From positions 25,498,628 through 25,562,627 of the forward strand of contig OZ037767.1 of NCBI GenBank assembly GCA_964035545.1: 64,000 nucleotides of DNA, in the 5' to 3' direction. The translations under genes were made by a program, and so were the position numbers. Source of the stretch: Bugula neritina. Taxonomy: Eukaryota > Animalia > Bryozoa. Below the pieces are notes generated by a model, which was given only the letters and a program-made list of their open reading frames with translations, had not been told where the DNA came from and did no database searches. Shown in pieces: positions 13,857-25,400 of this stretch (its first letter is position 1; each line of letters opens with the position of its first letter).

Positions 13857-13953
13857 GGAGCAGCTATAACTCAGGTCATAGAGCACTGGCTTAGTAAACA
13901 CAAGGTTAGTGGTTCGAATTCTAGTAAAGGTCATTAATTAGTGACGCTAGGAA
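13857..13953 (+). mobile_element. Degenerate tRNA-derived SINE
   Basis: tRNA-like head with B box GGTTCGAATT, aligning by eye with 23511-23620 (GGAGCAG...GGTTCGAAxxCTAGTAxAGGxCATT...GTGA). Confidence 0.65.
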
Positions 13954-14014
13954 CTCATAATAATTGCTCCTTTGCTACAATAATAAAAATTTCCTTGGCC
14001 CATTAAAAAGTAGG

Positions 14015-14015
<1 letters not shown>

Positions 14016-14089
<74 letters not shown>
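14016..14089. repeat. (TA)n microsatellite
   Basis: Uninterrupted TA run of about 37 units. Confidence 0.98.
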
Positions 14090-14092
<3 letters not shown>

Positions 14093-15980
14093 TTACACGT
14101 GCGTGCTTGCGTGAGTGCATAATATGAGCAGTTATTCATAAATTATAAATAAACTCATTGCTAGATGCTGTGTTTTTATTTATTGTGCAACTATAATATT
14201 ACAGACATATTTTGCATTGAAGTTTTTGCAAAAATTCAAATGCAAATTTGCCTGAAATAAGACAAAACCTATAAGCTTATGTAAAGGTAATACTACTTAC
14301 AAGTGCCACTGCACAGGAATACATATGACATACAGTCTATAGAAGTACCAAGGTTGAAGCTAACACATTCACTGTTAATTAATATTGACACATGGAAATT
14401 ACATGACAGTTTGTCAACTTTTCATCCTACTCATGTTACTTTAGCTTGTTCATGCTTTAACTCTGTAGAAATGTATTTCATTAGAAAAAGTAGATGTCAA
14501 ATTATTTAGGCTTAAATAGAAATACTGTTAGGTGGCTATGCATATTTCAATCATGTTAATACATATGTAATTTGTAACATCACATAATAAAAAGATTGAC
14601 TTATTTTAATAAGGATATTAGTTTTATTTTATTTTTGCAAAAGTCATGCTATTTAACAACAGCTGAACCCAAGGCTTATTTGTACAGCTAGGGTATGGCA
14701 GCTAACCGTAGATCTGATTATAACTCTTTGTTTAATTATTTTTCATTTGATATTTACTAAATATCGTAGATTTTCATGTACTAAAACCTGAGAATCATGG
14801 TATGCAAAAAGCTTGAATATGTCTCTATACATTTATTGAACTGCAGTTTAGTAACACATCTCCTAATTTTCCTAGCAGTTGAAATATTGTTGGCTGTCCT
14901 GATGCCACATCACAGTGATGATTGAAAAAATAGCAGTTGTTTATAAGCTGCTAGTTTAGTTCATCTTAAAACAAAAATGTTTATGTTAATTGTTTTTTAA
15001 AATAGTTTTTGAACAGTAATTTTGTCAAGAATACTTAAGGAAATAGATTCCAATAATAATATTGCAGTGACAAATTTTTAAAACAGCTTTTATTGTTTTA
15101 CAGGAAAAACTATCATTTGTTTTTCTTCCTAAATACAAGTTAAGACTACAGCTTAAATTATTATTTTGTAATAAAGTTTAAAACATAGATTCAACAACGA
15201 CAGTTAGACAACATAAATTTCTGCTTCTCATGATAAAATTGGAACTAAAGCAAGTTATAAAATGGATACATTAAAGTATCAATGATAGCAAACAAGATTA
15301 GATACTGATTGTATACATGCGTAAAATAGTCATTATACTAATTTACAAGCTCACTAATCACAACGTTATAAGAAAACAAGACTATGTATCATATTATGTA
15401 TTCTATTTTATTGAGAAGGTTTAACATACAACTGAATAAATGAATGGTACTAAATTGAGAGAACTACCCACACTTGTCTATATTTATAATCTATCACAAC
15501 ACTTGTGAAAGAAGGCTGAACTAAATATATCATTTGAGGAACTAAATTTTCAATATTTCATAAATTTTTATTATAAAGATGTTTTCAGGCTAGTCTTCAA
15601 GCAAATATTGGCAATTTTTTTTAACAGAAAGAAATTTTTTAAAAAGCTTTATAAAGTAGAAAGTAGTAGACAACACATTTTAAGCAGTAAACATCAAATT
15701 AAAGTTACAACATTGTAACAACTGCAACATAATATCACTAGTAAAAAACTGGATGTAGAAAACAATGTATATCTTTTCTGCTCACATCTGCTTCAAAGTA
15801 GAAAAATATTCAACTAGCAAAAACAGGTTTTAGAATGATTATTTAAATGACTTTTCACAACGCAGCTTTTTCAAATAAAAAGTAAAATATATGACAAAAG
15901 CTTTATTTAAAAGAGCACAAATAACTAAAACAAAAATTATACATGAATAAAAGTTTACAAAAGTTGAGACCATTATTAAG

Positions 15981-16931
15981 TTATTGTTCAGGCTCAATTC
16001 TATTAGTGCCAGTTTTGCGGCTCAAAATCTTTTTGGCACTTTTCCAGTAATCTGAGTTGAAGTACCCAAAGACCCATATATTTGCAAATCCAGAGCAAGA
16101 GCCGATAATAACAGTTAGGGCTTGGGTTGTATGCACAACGTAGGGTGGGAGGTTAGATAGCTGAAATGCAAGGAACAAGATAATGGGGAGATTAATCAAC
16201 TGGTGTAATATGTATGTCCATATAATGTATTGGCTAGCAGTCTTCAGCTTGTCGTATCTATCTCCAGGCATTTGTCTTTTACTCACTGTTTTCAATTTCT
16301 TCCACACTTTTAGCAGCAGTGCGCTAATGGCAATACTGAACAGCGCTACCATTAAAAAGTAAAAAATCTTTAGCTTCATTTCTTTTCCAATCTCGTTGTC
16401 AACAGTCAGAGGTGATTTACAGAATGGTAATGGATTGATTCGGTCAACAAAGATGACTAATAATAGTAGCGGCACCATTAAGATGCCCGTCACAAGGTTT
16501 TTTTTCTTAAAAAAAGTGTTTGTTTGATAGTCATGGGGGTGAATCACAGCTATATATCTCTCGAGACTAGAAAAAAGCAGAATCATGTACCGGCAAAGAG
16601 CTACATATCCAGCAAAAATTCTGATCCCAGCAAATATCCAGTATGATGTCATGGCTGGTAGGTTGAGGATGGCTAGTTTTATTTCGCATCCAAAATATAA
16701 GATTAGTGAGAAGCTCGAGAAAATTTCGTTGATACTTAACTGTATTGGAACCCAGTAGAACTTCGTAGATTTTAGCTCTTGCATTTGACTCAACACAATA
16801 ATATGCAGGATATTCACAAAGATAGAGAGGTAACTTGCCACATCAATAACATGATTGTATGGCTGGAAACAGTCCTTGGTATCCCCTTTGCAAAAATAAA
16901 TTGTATATTCAGTACTGCTGTAGTTACCCAT
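15981..16931 (-). CDS. Intronless orphan 7TM receptor, rhodopsin-class-like (chemoreceptor-like), 316 aa
   Basis: Seven hydrophobic segments, TM3 motif SLERYIAV (E/DRY), N-terminal glycosylation sequon NYS, degenerate TM7 FANIWVFGYFN followed by a helix-8-like segment. Confidence 0.85.
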   Translation of the reverse strand: MGNYSSTEYTIYFCKGDTKDCFQPYNHVIDVASYLSIFVNILHIIVLSQMQELKSTKFYWVPIQLSINEIFSSFSLILYFGCEIKLAILNLPAMTSYWIFAGIRIFAGYVALCRYMILLFSSLERYIAVIHPHDYQTNTFFKKKNLVTGILMVPLLLLVIFVDRINPLPFCKSPLTVDNEIGKEMKLKIFYFLMVALFSIAISALLLKVWKKLKTVSKRQMPGDRYDKLKTASQYIIWTYILHQLINLPIILFLAFQLSNLPPYVVHTTQALTVIIGSCSGFANIWVFGYFNSDYWKSAKKILSRKTGTNRIEPEQ

Positions 16932-17973
16932 GTTTTGCTTAGACAGTTTCTGGTTTAGACAAATCTTTATTTAGCTTGAAACTTGCCTAAGTGAATACTG
17001 ATGTTTAGTGATTGAGTAGTATGATCCAGCTGATGCAGTACCAACTCTACTATTATTCTATAGGATGAGTGTTCTCTTGAGTGGTTTGATGATGCAGATT
17101 AAAAATTGATTTTTTACTACTAAATTTACTCGTAACTAAGTTATCTGATGAAAAATAATTAAAATTTATTTTTAAAGATACTCAAATGTGTATATTGTAT
17201 TGATGTTTTGCAATTTTATTGAAAATTGTGACATAAAGCAGCCAAAGAAAAAAATAGAGTACAACTACCACTTGAGGCAACTTGATGACTTATGTAAAGT
17301 ATCATGAGATAATTTATAAAACACAATATTTTGGTAGTTGACATTAAATAAAGTACAAAATTAAGAGTGCAGTGTACTTTTTTGGGTCACAAAATGTAAT
17401 TATCCAAGTTTCTATGGAAACAAATTTAGTTTCTGGTGGTAGTTGTCTTCTGCTGCCTCAACCAAATCTACTTAAAAGAACAACTCCCATCTATAATGTA
17501 ATAATGAGAGGTATATATTTAGACATCACTAATACACAAGATTGCAATAGAATATAAAATTAACAAAATAGCAATGTAGTGGAAGAAAACTTGTTCTTAG
17601 TATTATAATTGCACACAATTGCTCAAACCTAAATATTATGTTTTGCGGCATCTTTTTATGTTCACACAGTTTTATTTGTTATATAATAATTGTTTATGTA
17701 CATATATCACATATTTCTTATATGCAATGCTTTCTAAATCAATGTCTTAATGTGAATTGCATTTTAAAAACAAATGTAGTTTTCAAATTATTTCTTTATT
17801 ATTGAATGCATCAACAATTTGTTGTATGTACAAATAAACAGTCTTTAAATACACCACCATCTCACCAATACATGATAAAACTCTTAATTTTTTTCAACAA
17901 GGCTCAACTTTATTTATTAGCTATCGTTTGTAAGACAGAATCATAGCCAGTTAAAGTCTGGAATCTCATGTTG

Positions 17974-19616
17974 TTATCGGAGTCGTCTGGTAGATACTCT
18001 GCTTCTCATTTTCAACTCGTTCTGTTAAAGAAATACAAATTATTTTCCAGGTTTTAGTTTTAACAAATTTAAAGCATAGTGATACATTACAAGACAAGCT
18101 AAACTTATATAAAATACTGAAAAGTTTCACTTTAACATACAAAAATCCGAACACATGCTATGCATTTTAATTCAGTTGCTAAAAAGTTTGCTTTGGTTAG
18201 TTAAAATTGCATATTATCCTAATTGCATGTATGAAGCAAAAACTGCAAAGCATGAACATGGTGTATTATGATTTTAAGCTCACTTTCATCAGAGTAAGTT
18301 GATCGTCAATCTCATCCCAATGTTCAACACAGCAGATGTGATCTTTCAGAGCTAAAATACAGCAAATTAACACATTTTTAACAAACCAAGCCAATAACTG
18401 GAGAGGTGTTGAGCAGTAATTGTTAGTACATAATACATAGATTGCAAACAAATAGCCTATGCTGTTTGTTTGCAATCTATATATATTGAAATCAAAAAAC
18501 CATTGCAAAAACCCGCATGCCTATGAAAAAGTCAAAGAAAAAGTAAGCCGATGGCATTGGTTGAAATTAAGAAGTGCTACAACTAACTCATCAAAATATA
18601 ATCTAAATACATAAACATTTTTAATGTCTAAACATTTTTGTTAACATTGTTTATAATGCAAATAAACTAACATGCTTGCATTGAATTACTTAGACTTATA
18701 GTATTTTGCTGGCAATTACATTGTCAATTCATGTTTTGAAAAGCTCAAATCTAGTAGTTCATATAATTTTTTCTCAAATACCCATTTTAAGGAATAACCA
18801 ACCAACCTAATCATTTTAAAATTACTTGAACTTCATTTAAGCTCTTTTGACAGTTTAAGTGTTTTAATTGTGTATAACAAATAGTTTGGTGTTTTGTCAG
18901 CATACTTCAAAATTATACAAACTGAGCCTTTTTCCAATGCATTTATTATACAGCAAATTATATATATGATCACAAAAATATCGGTATAGATAAAAAGGCT
19001 ACATAGTAATAAATAAACGATTAATATTCCAGATATTTGCATATCTCACCATGTTTATACTTGACGATATACGTGGCAATGCAGCAGGCACACATCTGCT
19101 CTGGAATTGGGAATGGGTACCACTTTATCTTGTATTCCCTGAAGAGCACATTATATTATTATTTTCATCTTTACCTCAGGCTTAACTATGTAAATCTATT
19201 ATTATTATGTATACTGATACTGATAGTGATACAGCCTAGAAAATATTCTTCACTGACAACCTTAATGATGGGTAAAGCTACTGAAATATTTAAAAGATAG
19301 TTTCACTCTTAAAATATTTTAAATTTAAGAGTTAAATAAGTTTTTGAAGATTTTAACTCGGATACTTTTGCTGTCAGTGAGATTTTGCAGCTAAAAAAGT
19401 AATTTTGAATCTAAATCTATTTTTTAGTTTTATCCTAAATTTTTTAACTATTTTATCAATATCTAAAACTTACACCATTATATATGAAAGCCTGGCACTT
19501 ACCAACAAAGCATGGTGTATTTGAGAGAAAGAGAACAGGAGCAAAGTACAGAAAGTACGGTAGTAAACTTTCAGCTGAAGTAGAGCAACTAACAGTAGAC
19601 AGAGCTTGGATTCCAT
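17974..19616 (-). CDS. Small orphan Cys-rich protein, 115 aa, 4 exons, hydrophobic N-terminus
   Basis: Exons 19616-19474, 19138-19050, 18351-18284 and 18021-17974. Donors GTAAGT, GTGAGA, GTGAGC; acceptors cttcag, ttttag, taacag; phases 2/1/0 join without stops. Translation: MESKLCLLLVALLQLKVYYRTFCTLLLFSFSQIHHALLVSARLSYIMVEYKIKWYPFPIPEQMCACCIATYIVKYKHALKDHICCVEHWDEIDDQLTLMKNELKMRSRVSTRRLR*. Confidence 0.7.
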
Positions 19617-21434
19617 TTAAATACCAACCTTTTACATTGTAATTAAAACAGGGAAAAGAGTGCAAGCCAGAAGAGAAACTTTAACAAAGCCTCCAGCTAC
19701 TTAAAATTACATAATCTTGAAATCCTCTAGCTGGAAGCTGGGAATAACCGGCTATTGTTGAGAATTCATTATGTTAAAGGTATCATTAGGTGTTGGTCAA
19801 TCTTCAATAATTATATACATGTTTTATTTCAGAAGTGCCAATTATTAACTGCTTAAATTTGGTAATCCAGTCATTAAATTTAATTGCAGTGCACTCTAAT
19901 GAAACTGGTTCAGTACATTTATTATTCTTTGTGTAATGTGACTAATGGCTTGTAACAAAGCATTAGGTAAACACTTTCAGCTTTTTTCAGCAAGGGAGTA
20001 TAGTCTGGTGGCAACTGAGGTTTATCTTTCAAGTTCGTAAAAAATTTCATGTAGATACTTTCTGAAACACTTTTTTGGTCAATTGAAATATGCTGAACAT
20101 GAAAAAAATACTGTACCTTAACCTAGTTGTGGCTTTCACCCTTAATTTTTAGAATTAAAAGCCGAAATTACGAAATGGGGAAAGTTAGATGGAAGTTATA
20201 GCCTGAGCTCAAATTGCTTTTTAACCCCCCCCCCCAAAGCCACTGGTACGTTAAGGTAGACCCCCGCCATGCGTTTCAGCATAAAATTTTACCCCAGATA
20301 AGTGTGTTTTCAGGTATCTACATCATTTTTTTACGAAACTTAAAAACTAAGCACCTTTTGAGGCACTTGCCACCGGACTAGTATCTGAGAAGCATTTTCA
20401 GAAAAATAATCAACAGTCAACATTTTGAGTCTGTGCTTTGCAATGTCCAGAGATTGTTTTCTCTTGTGTCTGAATCAACTACTCTCAACATATCTTCACC
20501 TGTCTTGGTGAAGGGAAAACTTAATGATGGTAAAAACTGTTAACTCAAGCTATTATTAGGATAGAAGTAAATCATACAGTTAGTCATGTTGCCTAAGAAA
20601 GAACCTATATAGTGCATAGTGCAATTTAACTATCAATGGTGCCCATTATGATTAAGGCTAAATTCACAATGCTAGAGAGATTAAAGTTACAGAAGTGAGA
20701 AAGGCGCCATAGTTTATAGAACTTAATTTAACTTTTCTCTGTTTAATTGTATTGACTCTTTACAATAGAAAATTCCTTCGCGCCATGGATGCTACACCAA
20801 AATCTGAAAATGTCTACTCTAAGTTGTAGCAGAGGTTTGATAAGTTAGAAGTATAGGCTATATATATACTCTTTAATACCCGCTAAACCAAAGCTGAAGT
20901 CGCCCACTGTAGATCAAATATGCATGAAATAGAGCTCATAATTGCAAGCAGGGTTTCTTAAGCAGCTCTGCTGGAACAGCATTCTTGATCGCTTTAATGC
21001 CAGACTATAGCAAAATTATTAATAAAAGCAAATTTGTAGTGGCTACAAAATTTTAGCAAATAGAAGCCCTTAAAATTTTGAGGTTGATATGCATATCTAC
21101 TCGATTACATAAAAATGATAGTTCCATTGTATGATCTTAGTCATTCTCATTAATTTTCGATTGTATATAGGTGGGGAGGGGAATAACTTCACACACAACC
21201 ACAAAATCACCTCTTGATTTTAACTTCAGCATTATTACATTAGTGTATTTCTATTATTGCATTAGTGCAGCACAAGTTAAAACTTACAAGTTATTGTCAC
21301 ATTTATATACTCAAACAAATTTGCCATGGTAAATAGGTTGTAGACAATTTATCAACATTAATTTTTATGCAAATGAGATAGTGCTATATGAAATATGAGC
21401 AGGTAAACTGATTATTCAAGTACCCTTCACTTAA

Positions 21435-21652
21435 GGGGAGGCAACTACGAGAGATCGGTCTGACAATGTCATGGAAAAGCGATCACATAGCTTTGGCCCA
21501 AAAACGGTTCCAGATCATAAAAGAGTGTTTTGTTTATTTTTTAAATATTAATTTTAAAATTTTAATACAAATCATTTTTTTATTGGATTAAAATAATGAA
21601 CCTTAAAGTTTAGCTATTTTTTTCGAGTTGTAAATATTCCGTAAGGCTTCCT
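21435..21652. mobile_element. Possible TTAA-flanked (Kolobok-like) MITE remnant
   Basis: TTAA|GGGGAGGCAACTACG ... CGTAAGGCTTCCT|TTAA; the inverted termini are weak and imperfect. Confidence 0.3.
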
Positions 21653-22434
21653 TTAAACTATATATCCTTAGTAAAAGCCATGCATAAACTTGAAGATCCT
21701 AGCACTAGCACTAACATTAACAGTAACTGTAAGTGTAACCGTAGTTGTTGCAAGATTTGCTTTTACTTCTAACAGTATTAAAATAGGCATGGGTATACTC
21801 TTATATTTATGTCCTGAGTCTAAGAAGTGCTGCTGTTCAAATGTTGGAAATCCTTACAGACTGTGGCACTTGACCTTGTACTTCATTTATGATTTATCAC
21901 TACTTGTAGTTGTACTGTAAATACTGAACTTGTACTTGTAGTTGTAATGTTAGTTGTAATTGTATCACTGACAGTGAGACTAGCACCTGCACTGTAAGTG
22001 TAACTGCAAGGCTAAGTGTAAGTGCATCAGTATGAGTGTGATACCATGAGTGTTGTTTAACTTTACGAGTTATCACTTTAAGTTTATCAGACATAATGAT
22101 AATCAATATCATAATCTGAGAATGAATCACTTAAATTTTATCAATATTAATATCATTATGATTATGAAATTGAAAATCAAATCCAATATGAATATAAGGC
22201 AATTAGTGAATTACTAATACAATTAGTGAATTTATATTATTAAGAAATTGCATTCATAATCATTTATGCTGAATAATGAATAATATTTAGCATAACTATG
22301 CGGATGCTGATTAATTTTCACTATTATTTATACTTATCAGAATTGAAAAGACAAAGGGCAAATGTCAGGGTGAAAAGCTGTCAAACTACGGCACCTAGTT
22401 ACTCAAATTTACTTCAGAACTCGGTGTTATTAAA

Positions 22435-25400
22435 ATGAGGAAACCACAGGATGTAAAAAAGGTCCACAGGGTGAGTTAAAATATCTAGTATTTTCTTAAA
22501 ACCAACTAAATTATATTATGTATTTGATTTATGATTAGTCAATTTAAATAGTTCAATTTATTGTACTGTTTTGGGTATACTGTTGGTCTGAAATATTTTA
22601 TTGGCAAATTTAGTTCAATACAATATTTTTAGGTGCTTTGCATCTTTATAAATTTTAATTGCTAAATTAACTTGTGAAGTTATGCCAAATTAATAGAAGT
22701 TAATGTCTTCTTGATGACAAAACCTGTTCTTCATGTTTCAGTTCCAGTCTTTCTCAGACAGAATTCAAACTGTCAATGTAGATGTCTCCAGGAAAATAGA
22801 GAAGAGAAGTGAAGTACCTGAAGTAAGCTCTATCAGTAATACGTGTATATGCATTTGAGTCATTTGGAAAAATTACAATCCACAATTCAGGGATTTATAT
22901 TATTTTATCTTATCAATTGATGATATAACGTTTGTTTTGTGTTTCCTACTTTAGCGCACAATTCAGCCAAGTAGATTATTGTCGGTTCATAGCCTGCAGT
23001 TGTGTTTTACACTTGAATTTTCACTTTTTTATGTTTATATTTTAGGACATTTTTGTGCACTTTCGTTTATTACTATTTTTAAATTCAGGATGAAGAAAGT
23101 TTCTTTGAAGAAGGGCTCTTAAAATGGAGAGATTTGAATCAAACTGCTCATTTCAGTAAGTTCAGTGATAAACGAATTGAACTTTTATATCAATAACCCT
23201 TTAATCACCTAGAGTTTATGCTGAAATGCGTAGTGTCAACCTTGTGGCCTGTATTGCATTGTTATATCTAATATGTCAATTGTTAATATGTTGTTTTGTA
23301 TGTTTTTTCAGCTAAATTCTTTTCGGCAGTACAAGGGAAAACGCAAACCCTAGCTCAGCTTCTTTACCATGAAGAGGAAATAGTTTCCCTGCTCTTGGAG
23401 CACCTGTCAGTCAATGACAGCATGGCATTAGATGCCTTATTAGAGTAAGTTAACTTCCTACTCTTTGTATTGGACATTATAGTGCTTTCCTTTTATATCT
23501 AGTAAAACAAGGAGCAGTCGTGGTCTAAGGGTTAAAATGCTGGTTCATTAAGCACGAAATCATGGGTTCGAACCCTAGTAGAGGCCATTGGTGATGTTGA
23601 GAAGAGCATCCAGTCATAAGTACTTGGCCCGCTTTAATGAACCATTTCCATCAGGGGTTCTCGCAGGGATAGTGACTATGAACTTGCATGAGTTATATTT
23701 GTAGTCTAATATTTTCTATGCATGGTAGCGATGGTTGTTGAGAATTGTCTAGCAATGTTTACCTTGCATTGTAGTTTGGTGGTACAACTAGCCCGCGACT
23801 TGCAAACAAATTTCTATCCCCACTTCAGAAGATTTTTCACAGTCATTGCGTCAATTCTTAATAAGTTTATGAAAGACTGGGAGGTGCTGGAACAAGCCTT
23901 CACCTGCCTGTCTTACTTGTTTAAATTCATGTGGAGAAAGATGGTACAAGATATTGATCAGGTGGGTAGTTCCAATAACTCTAAAACTTCCTAATTTAAT
24001 ACTGTTGGAATGATTTAGTTATTTAGCTTGACTAAGTATTTGCAGCTCACTCTTGTTAAAACACAACCTCCAGTCTTATGGCTGTTGATAGATTGTTCAA
24101 CTCTACTTGTAGTCCTAAAAGCACTGATTGCACTTCTTTGGAATATTAAAACATATTTAATTTCTTTTGAATTTCAATTAGGAACAAATTTGTTCACCAT
24201 TTTTAAAGCTAAACCAAGTTACATCGTCATATTTTTATCATGTTTATTTATTTTGTATTTTGAATTTTCAATTTGTTCAGTTCCACCAATACCTTATTCA
24301 ATTGCAATTAAAAAAATTTATAAGTGGAGTCTGTCAGCATCATTACTTTTTTATCAATGTTCTGCTCTGGCTGCATGTATTATGGTATTTTCCAATGTTT
24401 TGTAGGTGCTGATTCTCTACCACCCGCTGCTCAGTGAAACTAACCAGAACAGAGACTATGTTCGGAGATTTGCAGCTGAAAGTCTGAGCTATATAATGCG
24501 GAAGGTAGTTTACATGAACATCATTTCTCTGCTTTTCTTTAGGCCCTTATATTATTATTTATTAATCAACTGTTGGCAGCTGTTAAAACACATGTCATAT
24601 TTATAGTTCCACTTAATTTAACTTTCATTTTGGAAGTTTTTGTGTAAGTTTCAGCTTGAAAAATAATTTTTTAGTGGTTAGTTGATTTTGTTGTACTTTT
24701 AGACAAAGGACAAAAAGAAACTTTTTGCTGTTCTATTTGCACATTTGAAAAAGAATCCTGAAATGGTGCTTGGAATCGGTGGGCTTATATTTGAGATGGT
24801 GAAAGGCCCAAAATCTTTCTTTCACTCGTAAGATTCAATTATGTAGTGTTTTTACTCTTTTAGTTATGCACGAAATAATGATTTTTGTCGTCTCAAATTT
24901 TTTCTTTTTTAGCGGTATCTTGCTCTAATATTTTGTGTTCATAATTGAGCGTTAATACAAAACAAAACAGCTGTTTATCTGTAAATATACGGAGGTGAAG
25001 TAATTAATCAGTGAGGTTATGGAGTTGTCTTCTTTTATATATCCCATGCTGCTACAACACAGGTGTGCAGAGGAAGTGCTGACTTACCTGGTGAACTCGC
25101 TGAGTCAGCATACAGTCTCTAGTCTGGAGTTTTCTGCTCTTCAAGAAACGTTCAACCAGCTGGCAGAGCATGTGGCTCAGGCCAACACGGCAGCTTTGTG
25201 GAGTGTGTTACAGGTATCCTCTAGAGAAGCTAGACTGTGCCTGTGGTGACCTGGCTAACTAGATGTATTCCTTCATGAATTAACAAGAAATGCTTTAATT
25301 GAAAATACCTCTCGCTACTTATTTACCAATTATATTACTGCATTGAAACTGCTACTCTCTAAGGCCTAAGCCATGTTATTCTGTAGCAACTTTCTTGTCT

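Noticed and set aside
20250-20822. Possible TTAA-flanked element starting GGTAGAC
   Set aside because: The right-hand TIR and TSD are too degenerate to support a call.
23511-23585. tRNA gene (also considered at 13857)
   Set aside because: The acceptor stem does not close, and the sequence continues into a body shared between copies, so it is a SINE.
25214-25222. U12-type donor (GTATCCTC)
   Set aside because: It deviates from GTATCCTT and no U12 branch point (CCTTAAC) is evident near the acceptor.
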